Shown here one piece after another: positions 47,980-56,413 of a stretch of 64,000 nucleotides of DNA (position 1 is the stretch's first letter; each line of letters starts with the position of its first letter). The notes under the pieces are model-generated. The model did not search any database. It had not been told where the DNA came from and saw only the letters and a list, made by a program, of their open reading frames with translations. The stretch is from a virus (lineage: Duplodnaviria > Caudoviricetes). The DNA lies in IMG/VR virus record IMGVR_UViG_3300036770_008730; one strand, given 5' to 3'. The position numbers and the translations under genes are program-made.

Positions 47980-50091
47980 TTATACTTTTTTCATAGTTCC
48001 CTCTATTTCAATACCATTCTCAAGAACATTGGTGACTGTTATCTCATATTTTGTACCATCGTTTTGTACAACTTGAACTTTATCACCTACTTTATATTTT
48101 GCGTTTGGTTTTGGTTGGTCAGTTTGTTGATTTTCATTTTTATTTCCATCTTTAGACTCTGGTGCCTGTTTTTTATCATCCTTCATCTCTTCTGGAGTTT
48201 TACCCAACTCTTTTCTTGCGAGACTTAGTTTTTGAGTAAATTTATTTTTACCACCTGATGATGTCATTTCAAATGATATGTCTATTATTATCCATTCACC
48301 ACTGTATCTATGATCCATTCCTTGATCACTTGTAGGTGAACTACCTATGTGATAAAATAACATGTGAACCTTCTGTAATCTATATAAGTTATAATTTATG
48401 TTAGGTAGTGATATTTGGCAAACTATACTTGTTAAGTTGTCAAGGTTTTTTCTATTTTGTTCTACTGCATAATTGTAATTTTTATGAACATTTTCAGAAT
48501 CAACTTTTCCAAGGAATCTTTTTTGAACTTTTTTATCCAAAAACTTGTTATCACCTGATTCACCTTTTAGCACATGTTTTGTACCGTCACTACTTGATTG
48601 TGAATCTACTTCAAACTCAACCATAGTTTTCTTATCTTCATCATAATACCTAGTAACTGTTCTGTATCCTGTTTTTAGTTTTGTTGCAGTAGATTGATTC
48701 AAAACTTTAAAATCTTGATAATATCCACAACTTTCTTTTTGAGATGGCTCATTGGTTAGAACTAATGGTACTAATTTCCTTTCTTCTTTTTTTATTCTAT
48801 CTAAATTTGTAGTTTCTACCATATAGTCATTGTCGATAGCTCTTTTCCATTCTTTTTCCACATCAACATAATTTAGACAATAATAGAAATCAATATATCC
48901 ATATAAAAAGGTTGTATCGTCTTTATAAGAATGTTCTATAATTTCTTTTATGAAATCTTTATATTCTTTGTTCGTATTTATCCATTTCATATCATCATCT
49001 GTATTGTCGATGTTTGAATTGAATCCTAAATCTAATTTTTTAGAAATCTTTCTAAGAACCTCAAAAGAAGTTCCTTTATATGTTTTAGAAGATGGTACAT
49101 ATAAATCATCCACATCAATAGTTCCTTCAAAATAATATGATGAATCTGGATTTTTTTTATGATTTCTAATTTTAAACTTTAAATGTATAGATTTTATTAA
49201 ATCAACAGTGGAATTTAAAAATAGCTCAATTTTTGTATCGTCTCTAGGTGGTTGATCTTTGATAAATCCATTACTATCTGAAAATGTCATCTTACATCTT
49301 GGTATGTTATCCTCATAGTAAAGAATTATATTTTTTATTTGAGTTTCTCTAGCAATTTCTATACCATTATAATATATTAATGGCTTCAGACCCATACCCA
49401 TTCCTGATTCAACTGCCTCATCTTTATTATTTTGTATTTCTCTTTTTATAGGTTGAAGTTTTTGATTGGTATCATCTATTTGAGTAATAATTGGTCTGTC
49501 ACCGGATTCTTTTTTATCTTCTTCTGGTTTTTTATCTTGTTCAATCACTGATGGCTCAGGCTCTACATCTATATCGAATTCTGTTTTTTCCAGATCATTA
49601 CTTGTAGGTATTACTTCTATTGTATATCTTCCACCCTGACTTAATTGAAGTCCAGAGAAAGAAACAGATCCTGCTATTACATCTAATTCAACAACTCCAA
49701 CTAACTCACCTGGTCCACTTTTTTTGACTAGTTTAATCTTACTAACTACTGTCTTAGGATCTATGGGTGTACTGAATGTACTAGCCTGTTTTGGTGGTGT
49801 AGAGTTTGTTCCAGTCTCTACTGTAATAAAAACATTAGAATATTTACTTGATGTCCCAAAACTATTACTAGCAATTAAGTTAATTGAATATGTTCCCAAT
49901 TGATTGAACTGAGCGGTTGGATTGGATGCGGTAATTGAAGACCATATAACACTTGTACTGGGAGTTGCGGACCACTGATAAAATGTTGCATTTGCAGTGG
50001 TATTTGTTATAGTAATTGAACCTCCAGGTTTTATTTTATCTGGACTAAATGTAAAATTGATAGTTGGTATCTGACTCGATGCAGTTGGCAT
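47980..50091 (-). CDS. PKD-domain protein with baseplate-hub (gp27/GPD)-like region
   Basis: N-terminal FTFSP...YQWS...GTYSINLIASN PKD; C-terminal YSGEWIIIDISF...FTQKLSLAR. Confidence 0.6.
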   Translation of the reverse strand: MPTASSQIPTINFTFSPDKIKPGGSITITNTTANATFYQWSATPSTSVIWSSITASNPTAQFNQLGTYSINLIASNSFGTSSKYSNVFITVETGTNSTPPKQASTFSTPIDPKTVVSKIKLVKKSGPGELVGVVELDVIAGSVSFSGLQLSQGGRYTIEVIPTSNDLEKTEFDIDVEPEPSVIEQDKKPEEDKKESGDRPIITQIDDTNQKLQPIKREIQNNKDEAVESGMGMGLKPLIYYNGIEIARETQIKNIILYYEDNIPRCKMTFSDSNGFIKDQPPRDDTKIELFLNSTVDLIKSIHLKFKIRNHKKNPDSSYYFEGTIDVDDLYVPSSKTYKGTSFEVLRKISKKLDLGFNSNIDNTDDDMKWINTNKEYKDFIKEIIEHSYKDDTTFLYGYIDFYYCLNYVDVEKEWKRAIDNDYMVETTNLDRIKKEERKLVPLVLTNEPSQKESCGYYQDFKVLNQSTATKLKTGYRTVTRYYDEDKKTMVEFEVDSQSSSDGTKHVLKGESGDNKFLDKKVQKRFLGKVDSENVHKNYNYAVEQNRKNLDNLTSIVCQISLPNINYNLYRLQKVHMLFYHIGSSPTSDQGMDHRYSGEWIIIDISFEMTSSGGKNKFTQKLSLARKELGKTPEEMKDDKKQAPESKDGNKNENQQTDQPKPNAKYKVGDKVQVVQNDGTKYEITVTNVLENGIEIEGTMKKV

Positions 50092-50147
50092 TTAAATGAT
50101 TAATTTCTATTATCATTTATATATTATCAAAGAGAACCTTCAATGAA

Positions 50148-51758
50148 TCAAATATTGACTTTTATGACTTTATAGGGATATTTTCTTTTTTGATAAAATC
50201 TTTCTCTTTCTCTAAAATGGTTATATAAGATATTATTATGATTTTGAAAAGTATAAACATCAACTAAGTCAAAAATCATAGCTTTCTTTTTATCATCATG
50301 TAGTCTGAGAGCTCTACCAATTGATTGAATTATTATCTGTTCAGATTTAAAAGAATCGGCAAATATAACATTGAAAATCGCATTAATAGAAACACCTGTA
50401 CTTAGTGTTCCATATGAGGCAACAAGAACTTTAACGCTATTATCCGTTTGCTCCATTTGTTTCTTTATCTCCTCTCTTTTCTTCCCACTTATTTCTCCAT
50501 CGATATAAAAAAACTCTTTATTAGTTAATTCTGTTTTTAATTTTTCAAATATCTTTTGACCATATTCTATTGTATGAAAGAGTAGTAGTGTGTTAGATTC
50601 ACACTTATCAACTATCTTTTTTATAAATTCTAGCCTTTTATCCGAGATATGTATGTAGTCTTTTTCTAACTCAAAAGCATCTTTACCTGCACCAGCCTTC
50701 TTAATCAATTTTATTCTCTCATCAAATTCAGCATCATTATGATTCATAATTACCGCCTTAATCTCCATAGGGGTTATTATACCCTTATCCTTTAACTCAA
50801 CAGCTGATACTTCTGTTATTTTTGGTCCTAACACAGATTGTATTGTTAATATTTCACAAGTATTATCTTCTGGAAAAGTACCAGAAACTCCAAATCTTGA
50901 ATAAGCTGATTTGAAAGTGTGTCCTAAAATCGTTGTGATCGTTTTAGCTTTAGCTCCGTGAGCTTCGTCTGTCACAACCGTGTGAAATTGTTTGAAAAAT
51001 TCCTTTGGCCATTTTTCTAAAGATTGATAAGTTCCGATATAAATATTCGCATCTTGTGTACCAGACCATTTTCTTGGTCTTTCAGACATAACTTCTTCTA
51101 TTCTGATATCAACAGGAGAGTGATTTGTATTCAGTATTACTTCGGATTTCTTTTCTCTCATCTCAATAATGTTACTCAAGCCAAGATTATATTCTACTAT
51201 GTTATCATAAAATTGAGTTACGAGTGTTATTGAGGGAACAATTATTAAAAACTTTGCTTTTGGATCAATGTTTTTTAAAGTGTAAAAAATAACTATAGAA
51301 ATGATTAAAGACTTTCCACCAGATGTTGCTACTTCAGCCATACAGTATCTATTTTTAAGAATTTTATAAGCTGATTCTATTTGATGATCGTAAGGCATGA
51401 AATCTATCAGTTCCTTTTGTTTATTAAGAACTTTATGTGTTTTGAAAAATTCTTTGCAGAATTCTTTTACTTTATCTAAAGTAACATCTCTATTGATTGG
51501 AAATTCTTCTTTATTTTCAACTACAAATTGTGCTCCTATTTCTTGACATCCTCTCATAGCCTCTTTCCAAAGTCCTAAATTTATTCTACCATTTTTGAAA
51601 TAGGATTGTTGACCATTCCAGACTCCCATTTTGAAAGCTGGCATATATCTATATCCTTTTACGTGACGAGTTAACCATAGACCGACTTGATGATATTCAA
51701 TCCTGGTGGCTTCTTGAACTACTAATTCTTCTGTATTTTTATCATATTTAAATTTCAC
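50148..51758 (-). CDS. uvsW: UvsW-like superfamily 2 DNA helicase
   Basis: PYDHQ, ATSGGKS, IIVPSITLVTQ, TYQS, DEAH, STGVSI, QSIGRALR. Confidence 0.92.
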   Translation of the reverse strand: MKFKYDKNTEELVVQEATRIEYHQVGLWLTRHVKGYRYMPAFKMGVWNGQQSYFKNGRINLGLWKEAMRGCQEIGAQFVVENKEEFPINRDVTLDKVKEFCKEFFKTHKVLNKQKELIDFMPYDHQIESAYKILKNRYCMAEVATSGGKSLIISIVIFYTLKNIDPKAKFLIIVPSITLVTQFYDNIVEYNLGLSNIIEMREKKSEVILNTNHSPVDIRIEEVMSERPRKWSGTQDANIYIGTYQSLEKWPKEFFKQFHTVVTDEAHGAKAKTITTILGHTFKSAYSRFGVSGTFPEDNTCEILTIQSVLGPKITEVSAVELKDKGIITPMEIKAVIMNHNDAEFDERIKLIKKAGAGKDAFELEKDYIHISDKRLEFIKKIVDKCESNTLLLFHTIEYGQKIFEKLKTELTNKEFFYIDGEISGKKREEIKKQMEQTDNSVKVLVASYGTLSTGVSINAIFNVIFADSFKSEQIIIQSIGRALRLHDDKKKAMIFDLVDVYTFQNHNNILYNHFRERERFYQKRKYPYKVIKVNI

Positions 51759-51898
51759 AAAGTATATAGTATTTTACTCTAAGTATATAGTTTTATAGTA
51801 AAAAGTTTGTCTATAAAAGTTTAACCTTAATTTTTTTGTGGTTTTTTATAGAGGGAAACAAAACTTTGTTATATATAATAAAAAAATAATAAAATATC

Positions 51899-52270
51899 AT
51901 GGAAAAATTTATATCATTTTTCAAACAATTATTCGGAAAAAAACAAACAACCACAGAGACAGCTGAAACTAAAGTTGAACCAGTTGCTGTAAAGGAGCCG
52001 GTAAAAGAGGTTATTTTGGAACCGATTAAATCTGAACCAGTAAAAGAGGAACCAGTAAAAGAGGAGCCTGTTCAAGCAATTGAAACAAGACTAGCTGAAA
52101 AGTCTTCAAATGAGAAAAAAGTAACAGCTAAAGATATTAAATCTAAAGCTAGAAAAACTCAAAACACTGAACAAAAGAAATCAGATAAACCAGTTCAGAA
52201 AAATCAAAAACCAAAACCTAATAATAATCCTAACAGGAAGCCAAATCCTAAAAAGAAGGAAGGTCAATAA
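51899..52270 (+). CDS. low-complexity Lys/Glu/Pro-rich protein
   Basis: KEEPV repeats; basic C-terminus. Confidence 0.65.
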   Translation: MEKFISFFKQLFGKKQTTTETAETKVEPVAVKEPVKEVILEPIKSEPVKEEPVKEEPVQAIETRLAEKSSNEKKVTAKDIKSKARKTQNTEQKKSDKPVQKNQKPKPNNNPNRKPNPKKKEGQ

Positions 52271-52276
52271 AAAATT

Positions 52277-52300
52277 AACCCACTCAATGAGTGGGTTTTT
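52277..52300 (+). terminator. intrinsic terminator
   Basis: aacccactc-aat-gagtgggttttt. Confidence 0.75.
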
Positions 52301-52325
52301 TAATGCTAAATTAAATATATACCCT

Positions 52326-53015
52326 ATGAAATATTTAGTAGAGTGGAGAATTTTTGAATCAAAAGAAGATAAAAAACCAAGTAAGGACGTTGAAAATGAA
52401 ATAAAAAGATTCAAATCTAAATGGGGAATTGAACTTGACCAGAATTTCACATTGAGAGAAATAAAGGTCATATCTGAAGGTCTTTCTTATTATAATACTA
52501 AGTTTATAAAAAATCGTATAGATAGAATAATACGAAAAGATATGGGTGCTGTGAAAGGTAGATGGAAAAACACTGAAAAAAAGAAATGGATGTTTTTAAA
52601 TCCAAAAATTTTTAATTTCAAAAAAAGGTGGAAAAATGAAGATGTTGATATTCCGTATGCTGTGTTTACAGTAGTACATGAAACCGCACATTGTATAGAT
52701 TATTTGGAAAGAATTTCCTTTTCTAAGGAATGGCAGTCTTTATCAGGATTTAAAAAATGTGATATTCATGATAAAGTTCCGGATGGATATATTAGATACA
52801 TTGAAAGAAGACCTGGTAGAAAAGGTCCAAAAAAATCTGAGTGGATTCATAAAGAAGATTCAAACTTTTGTAGAAAATATAGTTCAAAAAATCCAAGAGA
52901 AGATTTTGCTGATTCACTAGCATTTACAATTTTAGGACTTTCTGAAAAAATGAAAGGTGAAGATGGTAAAGAAAAACTTAAAATAATTAAAAAATTATTA
53001 AAAAGGGCTGAGTAG
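52326..53015 (+). CDS. tagged zinc metallopeptidase (HExxH zincin)
   Basis: Start moved to MKYLVEWRIFES; VVHETAHCID and YSSKNPREDFADS. Confidence 0.75.
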   Translation: MKYLVEWRIFESKEDKKPSKDVENEIKRFKSKWGIELDQNFTLREIKVISEGLSYYNTKFIKNRIDRIIRKDMGAVKGRWKNTEKKKWMFLNPKIFNFKKRWKNEDVDIPYAVFTVVHETAHCIDYLERISFSKEWQSLSGFKKCDIHDKVPDGYIRYIERRPGRKGPKKSEWIHKEDSNFCRKYSSKNPREDFADSLAFTILGLSEKMKGEDGKEKLKIIKKLLKRAE

Positions 53016-53026
53016 TTTTGAAATAA

Positions 53027-53713
53027 CTAAAAATCTGTAAGATCAACAGCCTGAACAGTTTCTTTATTAAATAAAAAAACCTCAATTCCTCTTAATCCAC
53101 TAATCCATTGTTCTCTACGCTGACTTGGTAATTCTAATACGTTTTGGATAGCAATTGATATTTTTTCTTCAGGAGTATTATCATATATCACTGCATTCAT
53201 AGTTGATGCACCCAAATGCGTAAGAATTTTAATTTTGAAATTTGTTTTATATATCTTTAGTTTGTGATAGACATCTATAACATCCTGTATCAACTCATCG
53301 GTGTTTTGATATTTTAATCTTATATAGCTCTCATAGTAATATCCACCATCCCAAGACGGATAATCTTCAATATCTTCAGTTCTATCTGTAAATGGTAATA
53401 GACAATCCTTCATATCTGAGTAATCTATTTTTAATGAATAAGCATTGAAAAAGGATTCTTGTGATCCATCATCTACCATATCTTGATAGTATTGAACATA
53501 GTCTTCTGTAATCTTATCAATTAATTCATCTAAAGCTACCTTTGTTTCGGAACTAAAAATACAATTCCCAGTCATAGGGTCATCTGTTCTATTAGTTAAA
53601 ATGTGTTCTATGAGTGGATTGAATATTTGGTTCCAGTCTTCCGCATTAACAAGTGGGTGTTTAGTCCACCTTTCTTTTTTCTTTTCTAAGATAAGTTTAG
53701 AGAATTTCTTCAT
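53027..53713 (-). CDS. hypothetical protein with tag-like N-terminus
   Basis: MKKFSKLILE; motif at 53718-53727. Confidence 0.7.
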   Translation of the reverse strand: MKKFSKLILEKKKERWTKHPLVNAEDWNQIFNPLIEHILTNRTDDPMTGNCIFSSETKVALDELIDKITEDYVQYYQDMVDDGSQESFFNAYSLKIDYSDMKDCLLPFTDRTEDIEDYPSWDGGYYYESYIRLKYQNTDELIQDVIDVYHKLKIYKTNFKIKILTHLGASTMNAVIYDNTPEEKISIAIQNVLELPSQRREQWISGLRGIEVFLFNKETVQAVDLTDF

Positions 53714-53736
53714 TCTCTATATATTAAGCAAATAGA

Positions 53737-54393
53737 TTACTTTTTTTTGAAGATTATTTCATCAATCATTCCGTATTTTTTGGCATCATTGGATGACATC
53801 CAATAATCTCTATCACCATCTTTGTAAACTCTATCATAGTTTTGTCCAGTTCTATCAGAGATAATTTCATATAATTCCTTTTTTAACAAATTCATCTCTC
53901 TAGCTTCAATTTCTATATCTGAAGCTTGTTGCATCCATCCACCATAAGTAAGTGGTTGATGAATCATTGTCCTACTTCTTTTAAGAGCCTTTCTTTTTCC
54001 TTTAGACCCAGAGCAAAGTATAACTGCTGCCATCGATGCCGCAAGTCCAGTATTAACGGTTACTATATCAGATTTTATATAGTCCATAACATCTAACAAA
54101 CCAAGTCCAGAATAAACAGAACCACCTGGCGAATCAATGTAAATTTTAATATCATCATTTGATTCACTATCAAGATACATAAGTTGAGCTTTAATGATGT
54201 TACAAACATCCGAATCTATTTCAGTTGATAAGAAAATAATTCTTTCTTCTAGTAGTTTAGAGAATACATCTACTGGTATTCCATTACTTTCGAGTAGTTG
54301 AGCTGTGTTATTTACTTTCTTAATTTTTTTGAAGTAGTCTTCTATTTTATGAGTGCTTACAATCTGATTTGAGTATTTTATAAAGTCGTTCAT
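53737..54393 (-). CDS. clpP: ATP-dependent Clp protease proteolytic subunit (second copy)
   Basis: DVFSKLLEERIIFL, IDSPGGSV, AASMAA, MIHQP, DRDYW; start moved to MNDFIK. Confidence 0.95.
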   Translation of the reverse strand: MNDFIKYSNQIVSTHKIEDYFKKIKKVNNTAQLLESNGIPVDVFSKLLEERIIFLSTEIDSDVCNIIKAQLMYLDSESNDDIKIYIDSPGGSVYSGLGLLDVMDYIKSDIVTVNTGLAASMAAVILCSGSKGKRKALKRSRTMIHQPLTYGGWMQQASDIEIEAREMNLLKKELYEIISDRTGQNYDRVYKDGDRDYWMSSNDAKKYGMIDEIIFKKK

Positions 54394-54517
54394 TTGAATC
54401 TGGTTTTTTGTTTTTATATCAAATCGAATTAAAAGTTTAATATATACTAAGATGTGTGAATATTTTGAAAAATTCACATAATAGAAAATTAATATATAAA
54501 AAAAAATAAAAATTAAC

Positions 54518-54967
54518 ATGAAGACTACAATAGAAGTTAACGGTTATGAAATCGTAATTGAAGAAACAGGCGGAATGGTTTCCGTTAGTGCTCTTAAAGA
54601 TGGTGAAACTGTCGAAGAATTTTCATTAGAGACTACTGAAGGAGCTGAGGGAACTGAAGGAGAAGAAGTTCAATCATTCGGCGAATATGAAGAGGAAGAA
54701 GATTTTGAAGGTGAAGAAATGCCTGAAGAGACTGGTGATCTTGAGGATGAATTAGAAGAGGAAGAAGAAGATGAAATGCCTGAAGAAGATGAATTAGAAG
54801 AGGAAGAAGAAGATGAAATGCCTGAAGAAGATGAATTAGAAGAGGAAGAAAATGCTCCTGCTCTTGAATCATTCAGTTCTTTTCTTAATAAGAAATCTAA
54901 ATCTAATACTAACAACAAAAAAACTACTAAAAAAAATAGTAATTCAAAAGTAGTTAAGAAAAAGTAA
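54518..54967 (+). CDS. highly acidic repeat protein (scaffold/core-like)
   Basis: DELEEEEEDEMPEE repeats, then ALESFSSFLNKK and a basic tail; TTAATATATA at 54489-54498. Confidence 0.75.
   Translation: MKTTIEVNGYEIVIEETGGMVSVSALKDGETVEEFSLETTEGAEGTEGEEVQSFGEYEEEEDFEGEEMPEETGDLEDELEEEEEDEMPEEDELEEEEEDEMPEEDELEEEENAPALESFSSFLNKKSKSNTNNKKTTKKNSNSKVVKKK
54746..54850 (+). repeat. 42-bp tandem repeat, 2.5 copies
   Basis: gatgaattagaagaggaagaagaagatgaaatgcctgaagaa at 54746 and 54788, partial copy at 54830. Confidence 0.9.
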
Positions 54968-54968
54968 T

Positions 54969-55973
54969 ATGATAATTAAAAAATATACAGACTTCTTAAA
55001 AGAGGAATATTTACAAGGAAATTTCAAAGATTCCACAGGTTCTGATTATAAAGTATATCAGTTACTATACTACGCTTTTGATTGGGATGATAATATTCTT
55101 AGAATGCCAACTGAGATAATACTTGTTAATCAAGATGGAAATGAGGTTGGTATGTCCACAGAGGATTTTGCAAAATATAGAGATATTATAGGAAAAAGTC
55201 AATTTGAATATAACGGTCAAACTATCACCGGATATGCCAATGACGCCTTTAGATACTTTAGAGATGACGCCGATCCAGATATCTTTACTAAAGATGTTGA
55301 AAAAGCACTAAATGAAAAAAGATTTGCTAAGTCTTATAATGATTTTATTGAGTGTCTAACAACCGGGTCTCTTTTTGCAATCATCACTGCTCGTGGTCAT
55401 GAGCCATTACCTATGAGAAAAGGTATAGAGTTTATGATTAACAAATTAACACCTACTCAAAAAACAAGCATGATAGACCATCTAAAAATGTTCTCTCATC
55501 TATTTGATGAGCCAATTAAACCTGATGATATTTTGATAAAAGAGTATCTTGATAAGTGTGAATATATTGGAGTATCTTCACCATCAAGAGGAGGAAAGCC
55601 TGATAATCCTGAAAAGGCAAAAGAAGATGCTTTCTTTGGTTTTGTCGAAAAATGCAATACTTTTTCAAAAGAACTTGAAAACAAATTCAATAGTGATCCA
55701 GAGACTCTTAAAAGAGGGGAAAGGTGGAAAGTTATTGCTAAAATAGGATTCTCTGATGATGATGCAAAAAACATCAAACATTTAGATGATGTTGTGAGAG
55801 AATTGAAAAATGAAACATACTCGAATGTAAAAGAATTTTACATGAAAGATACTGGTAAAGAAGATTTACAAACAAATGTTTATACAAAATATCAAGAGGG
55901 TGAACCTAATCCAACATCAGAATCAGTTGTTAGAAAATTTGACAGATTCTTAAAAAAAAAGCTAACTCGTTAA
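54969..55973 (+). CDS. tagged HAD-superfamily phosphatase-like protein
   Basis: MIIKKYTDFLKEE; AFDWDDNI, IITARGH, GFSDDD. Confidence 0.75.
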   Translation: MIIKKYTDFLKEEYLQGNFKDSTGSDYKVYQLLYYAFDWDDNILRMPTEIILVNQDGNEVGMSTEDFAKYRDIIGKSQFEYNGQTITGYANDAFRYFRDDADPDIFTKDVEKALNEKRFAKSYNDFIECLTTGSLFAIITARGHEPLPMRKGIEFMINKLTPTQKTSMIDHLKMFSHLFDEPIKPDDILIKEYLDKCEYIGVSSPSRGGKPDNPEKAKEDAFFGFVEKCNTFSKELENKFNSDPETLKRGERWKVIAKIGFSDDDAKNIKHLDDVVRELKNETYSNVKEFYMKDTGKEDLQTNVYTKYQEGEPNPTSESVVRKFDRFLKKKLTR

Positions 55974-56191
55974 CAGAAACATCACATCAAACTCCCGGTT
56001 TAGAGTCTTCAGTGTTAAAGTTTACTCAGTTTGGAAATATGGCAGCTCATTTAAATCCTACCGGTCCAGATCAAAGGCAGGATGATAGAGCAAATGCTTT
56101 TAGAAGAGCTACTAATTATTTATCAGGTGTTTCAAAGGAAATATTGAAACCAAAAAGAAGAATTAAAAGAAAAAAGAAGTCCTCTAAATAG
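55961..56191 (+). other. 76-codon -1-frame extension of the HAD gene (frameshift or homopolymer error)
   Basis: A_AAA_AAG at 55955-55961; -1 frame open to TAG 56189-56191, followed by a terminator. Confidence 0.65.
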
Positions 56192-56204
56192 TAGAGGATT
56201 TTTT
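56180..56204 (+). terminator. intrinsic terminator
   Basis: tcctcta-aatag-tagagga-tttttt. Confidence 0.7.
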
Positions 56205-56394
56205 AGTTTAAACGAATTGCATCCATTTTAAGAATGCACCTAATAAATCCATCAAACTCAACATAATAATCTCTTGTAGATTCAGAATCTATAATAAACT
56301 CTTCACCAATATGTTTATTATACCAAGACTTTTCAGAGTTGGACTTTTTTATTTTAATTTTTATTGGCTTAGCAGCTTTTGCGAATTTTGTCAT
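56203..56394 (-). CDS. small hypothetical protein
   Basis: 63 aa; shares a palindromic promoter-like motif with the divergent gene. Confidence 0.6.
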   Translation of the reverse strand: MTKFAKAAKPIKIKIKKSNSEKSWYNKHIGEEFIIDSESTRDYYVEFDGFIRCILKMDAIRLN

Positions 56395-56408
56395 TTAATA
56401 TATATTAA
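56395..56408. promoter_or_regulatory. palindromic bidirectional late-promoter-like motif
   Basis: TTAATATATATTAA between divergent starts 56394 and 56414. Confidence 0.6.
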
Positions 56409-56413
56409 TCAAT

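Noticed and set aside
51760-51791. Direct repeat aagtatatagt twice upstream of uvsW
   Set aside because: Short, AT-rich and seen only once in the window; not distinguishable from chance.
54633-54918. Ser-rich and Leu-rich minus-strand ORFs
   Set aside because: Antisense shadows of the GAA-rich acidic repeat.
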